Part shown: one piece after another, positions 16,565 to 24,873 of the stretch | Layout of the letters: each line of letters starts with the position of its first letter | Numbering within the stretch: position 1 is the stretch's first letter | From: an uncultured Clostridia bacterium | Lineage (GTDB): Bacteria; Bacillota; Clostridia; Oscillospirales; Butyricicoccaceae | Direction: 5' to 3' | Length of the DNA stretch: 64,000 nt | Assembly (NCBI GenBank): GCA_945947915.1 | Contig: CAMEZQ010000001.1 | Coordinates: forward strand, 31,493 to 95,492 | Translations under genes and position numbers: made by a program | Notes under the pieces: model-generated | Database searches by the model: none | What the model saw: only the letters and a program-made list of their open reading frames with translations | Told to the model about the DNA's origin: nothing

Positions 16565-16810
16565 ATGGAAAGCGCAAATCTGAAGGATATACTTTCCTAT
16601 ATAGTTGAGAATCTCGTGGAGGATCCTTCGGCCATTTCCATTGAAGCGGTCGAGCAGGACGACACCATCACCTTTCAGCTGAAGGTCGCCGAATCCGACA
16701 TGGGAAAGGTCATCGGCAGGCAGGGCCGGATCGCCAAGGAGATCCGCACCATTCTGAAATCTGCCGGTTTGAAAGAGCACAAAAAAGTGCTTGTCGACAT
16801 TCTTGACTGA
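16565..16810 (+). CDS. KH-domain RNA-binding protein (YlqC-like)
   Basis: GKVIGRQGRIAKEIRTIL GXXG KH motif; conserved position after rpsP. Confidence 0.9.
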   Translation: MESANLKDILSYIVENLVEDPSAISIEAVEQDDTITFQLKVAESDMGKVIGRQGRIAKEIRTILKSAGLKEHKKVLVDILD

Positions 16811-16813
16811 ACC

Positions 16814-16846
16814 AAAACCCATCGAATCTTTCGATGGGTTTTTCTT
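16814..16846 (+). terminator. Intrinsic terminator inside the rpsP...trmD gene string
   Basis: AAAACCCATCGA-ATCTT-TCGATGGGTTTT, 12-bp stem, followed by TCTT. Confidence 0.75.
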
Positions 16847-16882
16847 ATAGCTTCGGCAATCGCCACGGCGTGCGGCTTTTAT

Positions 16883-16911
16883 TTGTCATTCCGGCGTATC
16901 TGTGATATAAT
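16883..16911 (+). promoter_or_regulatory. Promoter for rimM-trmD
   Basis: TTGTCA (16883-16888), 17-nt spacer, extended -10 TGATATAAT (16903-16911). Confidence 0.6.
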
Positions 16912-16977
16912 ATCGGCAATCGCCGCAGAGGGCGGCGGAGTTTGTATCCGGACAACCGTTAAACGATATGGAGATTT

Positions 16978-17481
16978 ATGGATAAGATCATTGAATGGGG
17001 CCGCGTGGCGGGCACCCACGGCGTGCGCGGCGAAATGAAGGTCACCCCCTGGGTGGATTTCCTGCCGCTGGCCCGGCAGGCGGAGTTTTTTGAGATCAAC
17101 GGAAAAAGCTATAAAAAGATCGCGGTGCGCGGGCACAAAAACATGGTGCTGCTGACCCTGGAGGGTGTGGATACCATGGACCGGGCCCAGGCGCTGCGCG
17201 GCGCCGTCATCACCACGCCCCGGGCGGCCATCGACCTGGGCGAAGGCCATTATTTTTACAGTGACCTCTATGGCTTCGAGGTTTACGATACCCGCCTGCA
17301 GCGGGTCATCGGCGTGCTCGACCGCATCGAGAGCTATCCCGGCGGCGACGTTTACTGCGTCCGCGGCCGGACGAAAGAGATCCTGATCCCCATCGTGCCG
17401 GCCTTCGACAAGGGGGCCGATCTGGCACAGCGCCGGGTCACGGTGACGACCATTGAAGGGATGACCGAAGATGAAGATTGA
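16978..17481 (+). CDS. rimM: 16S rRNA processing protein RimM
   Basis: GRVAGTHGVRGEMKV N-terminus, PRC-barrel C-terminus, overlaps trmD. Confidence 0.93.
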   Translation: MDKIIEWGRVAGTHGVRGEMKVTPWVDFLPLARQAEFFEINGKSYKKIAVRGHKNMVLLTLEGVDTMDRAQALRGAVITTPRAAIDLGEGHYFYSDLYGFEVYDTRLQRVIGVLDRIESYPGGDVYCVRGRTKEILIPIVPAFDKGADLAQRRVTVTTIEGMTEDED

Positions 17482-18193
17482 TATTATGACCCTCTTTCCC
17501 GAAATGTGCGAGGCCGTGCTGGGCGGCAGCATCATCGGCCGTGCCCGGGAGGCTGGGCATATCGAGATCCGCACCCATCAGATCCGCAATTACACGCTGG
17601 ACAAGCACGGCCGCACCGACGATTATCCCTACGGCGGCGGCCAGGGCATGCTGATGCAGTGCGAGCCGCTGTACCGCTGCCACCGGCAGATCACAGGCGG
17701 AGAGCACGTCCACACGGTGATGATGAGCGCCCAGGGCACGCGGTTCGACCAGGCCAAGGCGCGGGAACTGATGGAGCGCGGGCACATCATCCTGGTCTGC
17801 GGACACTACGAGGGCATCGACCGCCGCTTTATCGATAAATACGTCGATGAAGAGCTGTCGCTGGGCGATTTCGTGCTGACCGGCGGGGAGATCGCCGCCA
17901 TGGCCGTGGCCGACGCCGTCTGCCGCATGGTGCCCGGCGTATTGGCCGAGGACGCCTGCTTTGAGGACGAAAGCCACTGGAACGGCCTTTTGGAATATCC
18001 CCAGTACACCCGTCCCGAGGTGTGGCAGGAGATGCGGGTGCCCGAGGTGCTTTTGTCTGGGCATCACGAAAATATCCGCAAATGGCGCCGCAAGCAGTCG
18101 CTGCTGCTGACAAAGGCGCGCCGGCCCGACCTCTTTGAAAAATTCCAACTGACCCGGGAGGACCGGAAGCTCCTGCAGGACGACCGCATCTGA
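17471..18193 (+). CDS. trmD: tRNA (guanine37-N1)-methyltransferase TrmD
   Basis: IDIMTLFPEM, DDYPYGGGQGMLM, CGHYEGIDRR, SLGDFVLTGGE. Confidence 0.97.
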   Translation: MKIDIMTLFPEMCEAVLGGSIIGRAREAGHIEIRTHQIRNYTLDKHGRTDDYPYGGGQGMLMQCEPLYRCHRQITGGEHVHTVMMSAQGTRFDQAKARELMERGHIILVCGHYEGIDRRFIDKYVDEELSLGDFVLTGGEIAAMAVADAVCRMVPGVLAEDACFEDESHWNGLLEYPQYTRPEVWQEMRVPEVLLSGHHENIRKWRRKQSLLLTKARRPDLFEKFQLTREDRKLLQDDRI

Positions 18194-18230
18194 GCTTTCC
18201 CTATCCCATCCTTGTGTAAAGGAGCCTTTT

Positions 18231-19256
18231 ATGAAAAGAATCACAGCTATTCTGACGGCGGCCGCCGTCTTTCTGCTGACCGGCTGCGCCGGCGGCGTCC
18301 ATCTCAATTTCAGCGGCGTTTCCCCCTTCCGCAACATCCGGGACGGTGGGAAGATCGCGGCCATCGACAGTGCCGTGGCCGACTTTCAGAACGAAAGCGG
18401 CGTGACCGGGCTTTCGGTAGGCGTCATTGACGGCAAGGAGACCCGGTTTGTCAGTGCCGGAGGCATGGATGAGCACACCAAGGTGGAGATCGGCACCATG
18501 ACCCAGATGTTCACCGGCATGCTGATCGGCAATTTTGAAGCCAACAAATGGCTCGACCGCCAGCAGGTCGTGTCCGAGTGGTTCCGGTCGCCGGCCCGGG
18601 TGCCGGTCTGGCTGCCGGCCGATGCGGCCGAGGGAGAGAGCGGCACGGCCGTGCAGGTCTGGCAGCTGGCCACCCATACCTCCGGCCTGGGGGCGTTTGA
18701 TACCTTCGGCAAGGCCTACGCCACCGGCGGCATGCTGCACAATCAGCTGGACGGCGCGTCGCTGGCCTTTGAGCCGGGCACCCGGCAGGCCGATTCGACG
18801 CTGGGCTACGCGCTGCTCTGCGAGACCCTGCGCCAGTGCTATAACATGAACGCCAAATACACCAATCTGGTCAACAACCAGATCATCGTCAAAATGGATC
18901 TGCAGAATTCCGCCTTCGTCAGAGAGGACGCGCTGGCCGGCTACGACGGCTACCAGAGCACCGCCTACGACCTGACCAAGGTGGTGGGGTATTGCACCGG
19001 CGCCCTGGTCGCCGATGAGATGCTGACCAAGAATATCTCCGCCGCGCTGGAGGAAGTGGAGGGCCTGGGCCGCAGTCTGGCCTTTGACATGGACACGGCG
19101 GACGGCCGGACGGTGTATTATAAAACCGGCAGCGGCGACGGGACGGTCTCCTGCATCGCCTTTATTCCCGAGCTGCAGACCGGCGTGGCCATCAACGCCG
19201 CGGGCAGCGCCGATCTGATGCCGCTGGCCAGGGCTCTGCTGGAGGCCGTGCGGTAA
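18231..19256 (+). CDS. Lipoprotein with beta-lactamase/PBP4*-like fold and substituted catalytic motifs
   Basis: Lipobox LLTGC. Fold markers: LATHTSGL, FEPG, YKTGSG. SxxK is TMTQ and YxN is DST (see findings). Confidence 0.8.
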   Translation: MKRITAILTAAAVFLLTGCAGGVHLNFSGVSPFRNIRDGGKIAAIDSAVADFQNESGVTGLSVGVIDGKETRFVSAGGMDEHTKVEIGTMTQMFTGMLIGNFEANKWLDRQQVVSEWFRSPARVPVWLPADAAEGESGTAVQVWQLATHTSGLGAFDTFGKAYATGGMLHNQLDGASLAFEPGTRQADSTLGYALLCETLRQCYNMNAKYTNLVNNQIIVKMDLQNSAFVREDALAGYDGYQSTAYDLTKVVGYCTGALVADEMLTKNISAALEEVEGLGRSLAFDMDTADGRTVYYKTGSGDGTVSCIAFIPELQTGVAINAAGSADLMPLARALLEAVR

Positions 19257-19278
19257 GCCATTCCCCATACAAAACAGA

Positions 19279-19320
19279 AACGACCGGAAGGCCCATGATC
19301 GGGTCTGCCGGTCGTTTTTT
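19279..19320 (+). terminator. Intrinsic terminator after lipoprotein gene
   Basis: AACGACCGG...CCGGTCGTT stem followed by a T6 run. Confidence 0.7.
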
Positions 19321-19342
19321 GATGGTTTGCGGAACGGAAAGG

Positions 19343-20632
19343 TCACGCCTGGGCCTTTGCGGCCGGGCGGGAGGGTCTGCCGAAGAAGAAGATGGCACCG
19401 TAGAGGATCAGATAGAAGATGCTGTAGGAAATGCCGATGAGCACCAGAAATGCCTCGATGGGGGCGGCGGCCAGCCTGCAGTAGAGGAAAGCCAGCAGGG
19501 AGCAGGCCAGGAAGGCGCATTGGATGAAAAACTCCACCGACTGCTTGCGGACGATGACCAGCGCCTGGGTCAGCGGCTGCACCACCAGGCGAATGCCGTA
19601 CATGGGGGCCAGATAGATGGCGTAGACGCCCGACATCCGCCACTGTTCGCCGAAGAAGGTGGAAAAGAGCCAGGGGGAGAGCAGGCAGAGCAGCACGACC
19701 ATGGGGATGGCGATGGCCGTCAGCACGCCGGTGGTCACCAGCAGGGCGCGGCGGTAGCCGCCGGTCTGGTTGTATTCCTCGGCGGCGTTTTTGAAGAAGA
19801 GGATGCGCGCCACGTTGTTGCCGATGAGGGTGATGGGCACGTTGAGCATGCGGAAAGACAGGCCGTAGAGGCCGAAGGTGGCAAGGCCGTAGAGCATTTC
19901 AATAAAGAAATTGAGCAGCTGGAAGCAGGCCGTGCTGACGAAAAAGGCCGGCGCGGCAAAGAGGGGCTGGCGGCGGTATTTGACGGCGGCGGCCCGCATG
20001 CGCTGCCAGGTGACTTCCCGCAGCTTGTCCTTGCGGTACCAGAGGTACCGGGTGTGAAAATAGCTGCCCAGGGCTGTACCGGTCAGGTTGGAGGTATTGA
20101 GGCCCGGCGTGCTGCAGCCGAAAAAGCCCAGCCCGATCTGCATGGAATATTTGAGGGCCGACGACCAGACATAGGCCTTGGAGATCAGGTCGTAGTTCTG
20201 GAACCGGGTGTTGTAGTTATACATGACGTCGTTGACGCCGGTGAGGAACAGAACGCCGATGGTCAGCAGGGCAAAGGGACCGGCCGAAGCCCAGATCTCC
20301 GGCTTGAGCCAGAGATAGACGCAGTAGCCCACCGAAACGACGGCCGTCACGGCGGCACAGAGCACGAAGCACAGCCCCACCAGGTCATAGGCCTCGTCAT
20401 CGTTTTCAGCGGTGACGATGGCCGGCTCGTATTTGAGGCAGGCCACCGAGCCGAAGAGGGTGACGACGGTGACCATCAGGGTGTAGATGCCCATTTCGGC
20501 GTCGGTGTACAGGCGCGAGGTGAAAAAAGACGAGCCGACGACGATCAGCTGGCCCGCCAGCGAGCCGGAAAAGAGGGTCGCCACCGAGCGGACGAAGCGG
20601 TGCTGCAAAAGGGTATGTAGTTTTTTCTTCAA
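19343..20632 (-). CDS. Polysaccharide/oligosaccharide flippase (Wzx/MOP superfamily)
   Basis: 429 aa with about 12 TM helices. The N-terminus LLQHRFVRSVATLFSGSLAGQLIVVGSSFFTSRLYTDAEMGIY is typical of Polysacc_synt flippases. Confidence 0.75.
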   Translation of the reverse strand: MKKKLHTLLQHRFVRSVATLFSGSLAGQLIVVGSSFFTSRLYTDAEMGIYTLMVTVVTLFGSVACLKYEPAIVTAENDDEAYDLVGLCFVLCAAVTAVVSVGYCVYLWLKPEIWASAGPFALLTIGVLFLTGVNDVMYNYNTRFQNYDLISKAYVWSSALKYSMQIGLGFFGCSTPGLNTSNLTGTALGSYFHTRYLWYRKDKLREVTWQRMRAAAVKYRRQPLFAAPAFFVSTACFQLLNFFIEMLYGLATFGLYGLSFRMLNVPITLIGNNVARILFFKNAAEEYNQTGGYRRALLVTTGVLTAIAIPMVVLLCLLSPWLFSTFFGEQWRMSGVYAIYLAPMYGIRLVVQPLTQALVIVRKQSVEFFIQCAFLACSLLAFLYCRLAAAPIEAFLVLIGISYSIFYLILYGAIFFFGRPSRPAAKAQA

Positions 20633-20699
20633 AAGTATGAGACCTCCGATCTGCGGGGCGATGCCGCTGCATGGATATGTTCAGATCATTAACTAAAAT

Positions 20700-20728
20700 A
20701 TTATACTCCGGGGGCCGGATACGGTCAA
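20700..20728 (-). promoter_or_regulatory. Sigma-A promoter of flippase gene
   Basis: On the minus strand: TTGACC (20728-20723), 17-nt spacer, TATAAT (20705-20700). Confidence 0.6.
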
Positions 20729-20757
20729 GGGCGGAGCCGCCGCGGCTCCGCCCTTTT
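20729..20757. terminator. GC-rich hairpin downstream of DUF1540 gene
   Basis: GGGCGGAGCCG-CCG-CGGCTCCGCCC. The T-run (TTTT) is on the plus-strand side only, so orientation relative to the minus-strand gene is atypical. Confidence 0.5.
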
Positions 20758-20780
20758 CATTGAAAATTTACGTTTGCCGA

Positions 20781-21101
20781 TCAGCGGCTGCGGAAGGTGG
20801 CGCATTCGGTGTCGCCCGAGCGGTCGGCGCCGGCGCCGGAGATCTGCACCGAATCGGCAGCGCACATCATGTCCTTGTTATAGACACATTCGCGGGCGTG
20901 GCACTTGATGCGGGTCTCGGGACGGACGTCGGTGTGGCCCACGGCGTTGGTGGTCGAGGTCATGGCGGGGGTGAAGGAGCCGCAGCAGGTCTCGCAGGGC
21001 TTGCAGGCGGTGGAGCCGTCGACGTGGATGGCGGTCAGGGCGCAGAGATGGCTGCAGTTGTTGCTGCAGGTGGTGGCGCTGCATTTCAGTTCTGTCATCA
21101 A
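20781..21101 (-). CDS. DUF1540 domain protein (two Cys-rich repeats)
   Basis: CSATTCSNNCSHLCALTAIHVDG...CETCCGSF and CHARECVYNKDMMCAADSVQISG...TECATF fit the DUF1540 pattern. Confidence 0.8.
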   Translation of the reverse strand: MMTELKCSATTCSNNCSHLCALTAIHVDGSTACKPCETCCGSFTPAMTSTTNAVGHTDVRPETRIKCHARECVYNKDMMCAADSVQISGAGADRSGDTECATFRSR

Positions 21102-21173
21102 AGATTCCTCCTGTGTTTCGGCGTATGCCGGATTTACTTTTATATTCTTTCTCCTTTTGCCGCCGGATATGTG

Positions 21174-21202
21174 TTGAAAAAAGGCATAGGCTCATGTATA
21201 AT
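21174..21202 (+). promoter_or_regulatory. Sigma-A promoter of MATE transporter gene
   Basis: TTGAAA (21174-21179), 17-nt spacer, TATAAT (21197-21202). The palindrome CGGCGGCAG-A-CTGCCGCCG lies between the -10 and the SD. Confidence 0.6.
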
Positions 21203-21247
21203 CAAAAGCGGCGGCAGACTGCCGCCGAGAAAAAGGAGGGTTTTTGT

Positions 21248-22618
21248 GTGATCGACAAAAAGAAGATCAACCGCGATATCACCAAACTGGCCATTCCCGT
21301 AGTTTTGGAGAATATGCTCCAGATCATGGCCAATGTTATCACGGCCGCCATGATCGGCCGTCTGATCTCCAGTGATATTTCGGCCCAGGGCATCTCCCAG
21401 CGGGTCACTCAGATCTACTGGGCGCTTTTCCGCGGCATCGGCATCGGTGTGACGGTGGCCGCCGCCATCAGCTACGGCGCCGGCAAGCTGGGCCGCTGCC
21501 GCCGTATCGCCGAGCAGACCTATCTGACATTCATGCCGGTGGCCATTTTTTTCACCGTCATCACGCTGCTTTTCCCGCGGCAGCTGCTGGGCTTTTTTAC
21601 CGATGATGCCCTTATCCTGGCGCGCGGCGTTCAGTATACCCGCATTGCCGTATGGGCCGTGCCCTTCACCGTGCTGACCACCATCAACGCTTCGGCCTTC
21701 AACGGGCAGGGCAACACCAAAACGCCCATGTACATCGCCATCTTTCTCAACTGTGTCAATGTCGTCGTCGGCTATGCCTTTATTTTCGGCAAGCTGGGAT
21801 GTCCCGAGCTGGGGCTGATCGGCGCCGCCATCGCCTATGTGGTCTCCCAGGGGCTGGGCGGCCTTCTGGGCCTTTGGCTGCTCTATAAGCCGGGCGGCTT
21901 TTTCTCCCGCTGCCAGCATGGCGAGTCCTTCTGGAAGCTGGATTACGAATGCATCCGGGAGGTGGTTACCACCGGTATGCCGGCGGCCTGCGAAAATCTC
22001 TTCTGGCAGTTTTCGGCCGTGCTGCTCAGCAAGGCCATTCTGAGCTACGGCAGCGACTGCTATGCCGCCTATCAGTTGGGCCTGCAGGCGGAAATGCTGT
22101 GCGAGATGCCCTCGGTGGGCCTGCTGACCACGGCCACCCAGCTGGGCGGCAAGGCCATCGGCATGCGCGACCAGCCGCTGTTCGAGGCCTATTACCGGCA
22201 GCTCCTCAAGTTGGCCTCTTTCCTGGCCGTGCTGTCCTGTGCCGCCCTGTTCTTCTTCCCCGGTGTCTTCATGGGCTTCCTCACCAACAATCCCGCCCTT
22301 TACGCCATCGGCGTCAAGTACGTTTTTATTATGAGCTTTGCCCAGCCGCCCCAGGTCCTGTCCAAGATCTTCACCGGCATGACCCGCGCCGCCGGCTACA
22401 AGCGGGTGCCCATGACCATTTCCTTCATCGGCATCTGGTGCGTTCGCGTGCCGCTGGCCCTGCTTTCGGCCTGGGTCTTCCATCTGGATATCACCGCCAT
22501 CTGGTGGACCATCACCATCGACCAGATCTCCAGGATCCTGCTCAGTATCGCCATCTTTAAAAAGAAAGATATCGTCCACACCATCGACAGAATGAATCAA
22601 CAGGAGGCTATTGCATAA
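21248..22618 (+). CDS. MATE family efflux transporter
   Basis: ITKLAIPVVLENMLQ N-terminus, 12-TM pattern. GTG at 21248 lies 10 nt after AAGGAGG (21231-21237). The alternative ATG at 21194 is less likely. Confidence 0.88.
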   Translation: MIDKKKINRDITKLAIPVVLENMLQIMANVITAAMIGRLISSDISAQGISQRVTQIYWALFRGIGIGVTVAAAISYGAGKLGRCRRIAEQTYLTFMPVAIFFTVITLLFPRQLLGFFTDDALILARGVQYTRIAVWAVPFTVLTTINASAFNGQGNTKTPMYIAIFLNCVNVVVGYAFIFGKLGCPELGLIGAAIAYVVSQGLGGLLGLWLLYKPGGFFSRCQHGESFWKLDYECIREVVTTGMPAACENLFWQFSAVLLSKAILSYGSDCYAAYQLGLQAEMLCEMPSVGLLTTATQLGGKAIGMRDQPLFEAYYRQLLKLASFLAVLSCAALFFFPGVFMGFLTNNPALYAIGVKYVFIMSFAQPPQVLSKIFTGMTRAAGYKRVPMTISFIGIWCVRVPLALLSAWVFHLDITAIWWTITIDQISRILLSIAIFKKKDIVHTIDRMNQQEAIA

Positions 22619-22619
22619 A

Positions 22620-23855
22620 ATGAAAATGCACACCACGGAACTGCCGCGCACCATGGGCATCAGCCTGATCCACAGCGAGACCGACCCCGCTCTTTCTCTG
22701 GCGCCTTACAGCGATCTGGCCCCGGAAAACGTGGCCTTTGTCGAGCGCTTCCATCAGTCCATCCCCTTCTACCGGCCCACGCCGCTGGTCAGCCTGGAGA
22801 ATCTGAGCCGCCGTTTGGGCGTGGGCGGCATCTACGTCAAGAACGAATCCCTGCGCTTCGCCGAGTTTGGCCTCAACGCCTTCAAGGGCATGGGCGGCAT
22901 CTTTGCCGTCGGCCAGGTCATCTGCCGTCAGCTCGGCCTGGACCCCGAAACCACCACCTACGCCCAGCTCAACAGCCCCGAGGTGCGGGAAAAGACCCGT
23001 GACATGGTCTTTATCACCACCACTGACGGCAACCACGGCCGCGGCGTGGCGTGGGCGGCCCACCAGTACGGCTGCCGCTCCTACGTCTATATGCCCAAGG
23101 GCTCGGCGCCCAGCCGCGTCGAAGCCATCAAGCGTGTCGGCGCCGAGGACTGCATCGTCACCGATATGAATTACGACGACACCGTCAAGCTGACGGCCCG
23201 GCTGGCCCGGGAGAACGGCTGGCATCTTGTCCAGGATACGGCCTGGGCGGGCTACGAAGAGATCCCCCAGCTGATCGTCCAGGGCTATACCACCCTGGGG
23301 CACGAAGCCGTCACCCAAATGGAGGCCATCGGCGCCGGCGCGCCCACCCACGTCTTTTTGCAGGCCGGCGTCGGCTCGCTGGCCGGCAGCCTCATCGGCT
23401 ATTATGCCCAGCTGCTGCCCAGGCGCCCCCGCTTTATCATCGTCGAGCCGACCATGGTGGCCTGCTTCTACCATTCGGCCAGCATCGGCGACGGCGAGCC
23501 CCACGGCGTGCAGAGTGCCGAGAACACCATCATGGCCGGCCTCAACTGCGGCCAGCCCAGCATCGGCGTCTGGCCGGTCATCCGCGACCTGGCCACCGAT
23601 TACATCGCCTGCGACGACGATCTGACCGAGGAGGGCATGCGCCTGTACGCCAACCCCGTGCCGGGCGACGAGGCCATCGTTTCGGGCGAGTCGGCCGCCG
23701 TCGGCCTGGGGCTGGTCAACCGCATCCTGTCGGAGCCGGCGCTGGCCGCCTTCCGCGATACGCTGGGGCTGGATCAGAACAGCCGCATCCTGCTCATCTC
23801 CACCGAGGGCGCCACCGATCCCGTGGGCTACGACCGCGTGGTACACGGCAGATAA
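22620..23855 (+). CDS. Diaminopropionate ammonia-lyase (PLP-dependent)
   Basis: NAFKGMGG (PLP Lys), TTTDGNHGRGVAWAA, 400+ aa. ATG at 22620 lies 12 nt after CAGGAGG. Confidence 0.8.
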   Translation: MKMHTTELPRTMGISLIHSETDPALSLAPYSDLAPENVAFVERFHQSIPFYRPTPLVSLENLSRRLGVGGIYVKNESLRFAEFGLNAFKGMGGIFAVGQVICRQLGLDPETTTYAQLNSPEVREKTRDMVFITTTDGNHGRGVAWAAHQYGCRSYVYMPKGSAPSRVEAIKRVGAEDCIVTDMNYDDTVKLTARLARENGWHLVQDTAWAGYEEIPQLIVQGYTTLGHEAVTQMEAIGAGAPTHVFLQAGVGSLAGSLIGYYAQLLPRRPRFIIVEPTMVACFYHSASIGDGEPHGVQSAENTIMAGLNCGQPSIGVWPVIRDLATDYIACDDDLTEEGMRLYANPVPGDEAIVSGESAAVGLGLVNRILSEPALAAFRDTLGLDQNSRILLISTEGATDPVGYDRVVHGR

Positions 23856-23858
23856 ACA

Positions 23859-24593
23859 ATGGAATACGATCTCCGGACTGCCGAGGGCCTGCACCAGGCC
23901 CTCGCGGCTTTATCCGATGAAAAATACCGGGTATTCAACCAGAGTCTGATCCCCGGCGGCCGGCAGATGCTGGGAGTGCGCATGCCGCAGCTGCGGGCGC
24001 TGGCCCGCAGCGTCACGGCGGGCGACTGGCAAAGCTTTCTGGAAAACTGCCCCGACCAGTATCACGAGGACCGGCTGCTGCGGGCCATGGTCATCGGCAG
24101 CGCCCCTTGCGGCGAAGAAGAAAGGCTGGCCCTGGTGCGGGATTTCGTGCCGATGATCGACAACTGGGCCGTGTGCGACTGCTTCTGCGGCGGGCTCAAG
24201 GCGGCGCGGAAGCGGCAGGCGGAGTATTACGCCCTGGCCTGTGCCTTTGGCGGCAGCGGGCGGGAATACGAAATGCGGTTCGCCGCCGTGCTGCTGCTCT
24301 GCCATTTCGTCAACGACGCCTATATCGACCGGGTGCTGGAGCTTTACGGCCGGATGACGCACGAGGGCTATTATCTCAAGATGGCCGTCGCCTGGGGCCT
24401 TTCGGTCTGTTATGTACACTATCCCCAAAAGACCCTGGCGCTGCTGCAAAGCGGCCGGCTGGACGATTTCACTCACAACAAAACCATTCAGAAGTGCCGG
24501 GAATCCCTGCGGGTGTCGAAGGCAGACAAGGCCATGCTGCAGACGCTGCGGCGAAAGCCGGCGGCGGCTATGCCCGGCGCAGCTGCTCGATGA
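23859..24593 (+). CDS. DNA alkylation repair protein (AlkD-like HEAT-repeat family)
   Basis: YRVFNQSLIPGGRQMLGVRMPQLRALA and IDNWAVCDCFC are typical of the family. Confidence 0.8.
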   Translation: MEYDLRTAEGLHQALAALSDEKYRVFNQSLIPGGRQMLGVRMPQLRALARSVTAGDWQSFLENCPDQYHEDRLLRAMVIGSAPCGEEERLALVRDFVPMIDNWAVCDCFCGGLKAARKRQAEYYALACAFGGSGREYEMRFAAVLLLCHFVNDAYIDRVLELYGRMTHEGYYLKMAVAWGLSVCYVHYPQKTLALLQSGRLDDFTHNKTIQKCRESLRVSKADKAMLQTLRRKPAAAMPGAAAR

Positions 24594-24783
24594 CGGTGTT
24601 GATCTGCTGGGGCGGCACGCGGCCCCGGGCGTGACCGACGATCTGGTTCAGCGTCATATTGCGCCCCATGCGCATCATCATGCGGTTGTTCATGATGGCT
24701 GGGAAATTCTGCCGCAGAATGGCGGCCGCCTGCGGATTGCGCAGGATCTCGGCCAGGGTGATGTTTCCGTTTCTGAGATCCAT
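24568..24783 (-). CDS. Small hypothetical protein (71 aa)
   Basis: ATG at 24783 lies 10 nt after GGAG. Codons are GC3-rich. MDLRNGNITLAEILRNPQAAAILRQNFPAIMNN... The 3' end overlaps the convergent AlkD-like gene by 26 nt. Confidence 0.55.
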   Translation of the reverse strand: MDLRNGNITLAEILRNPQAAAILRQNFPAIMNNRMMMRMGRNMTLNQIVGHARGRVPPQQINTVIEQLRRA

Positions 24784-24873
24784 GTAAAAATCACTCCTTT
24801 CTGCCCATCCTATGCAGAAAAGAGGCCTATGTTTCCGGCGTTTCAACAGCCGGAAGCGGGAAGGAGAAGAGCC

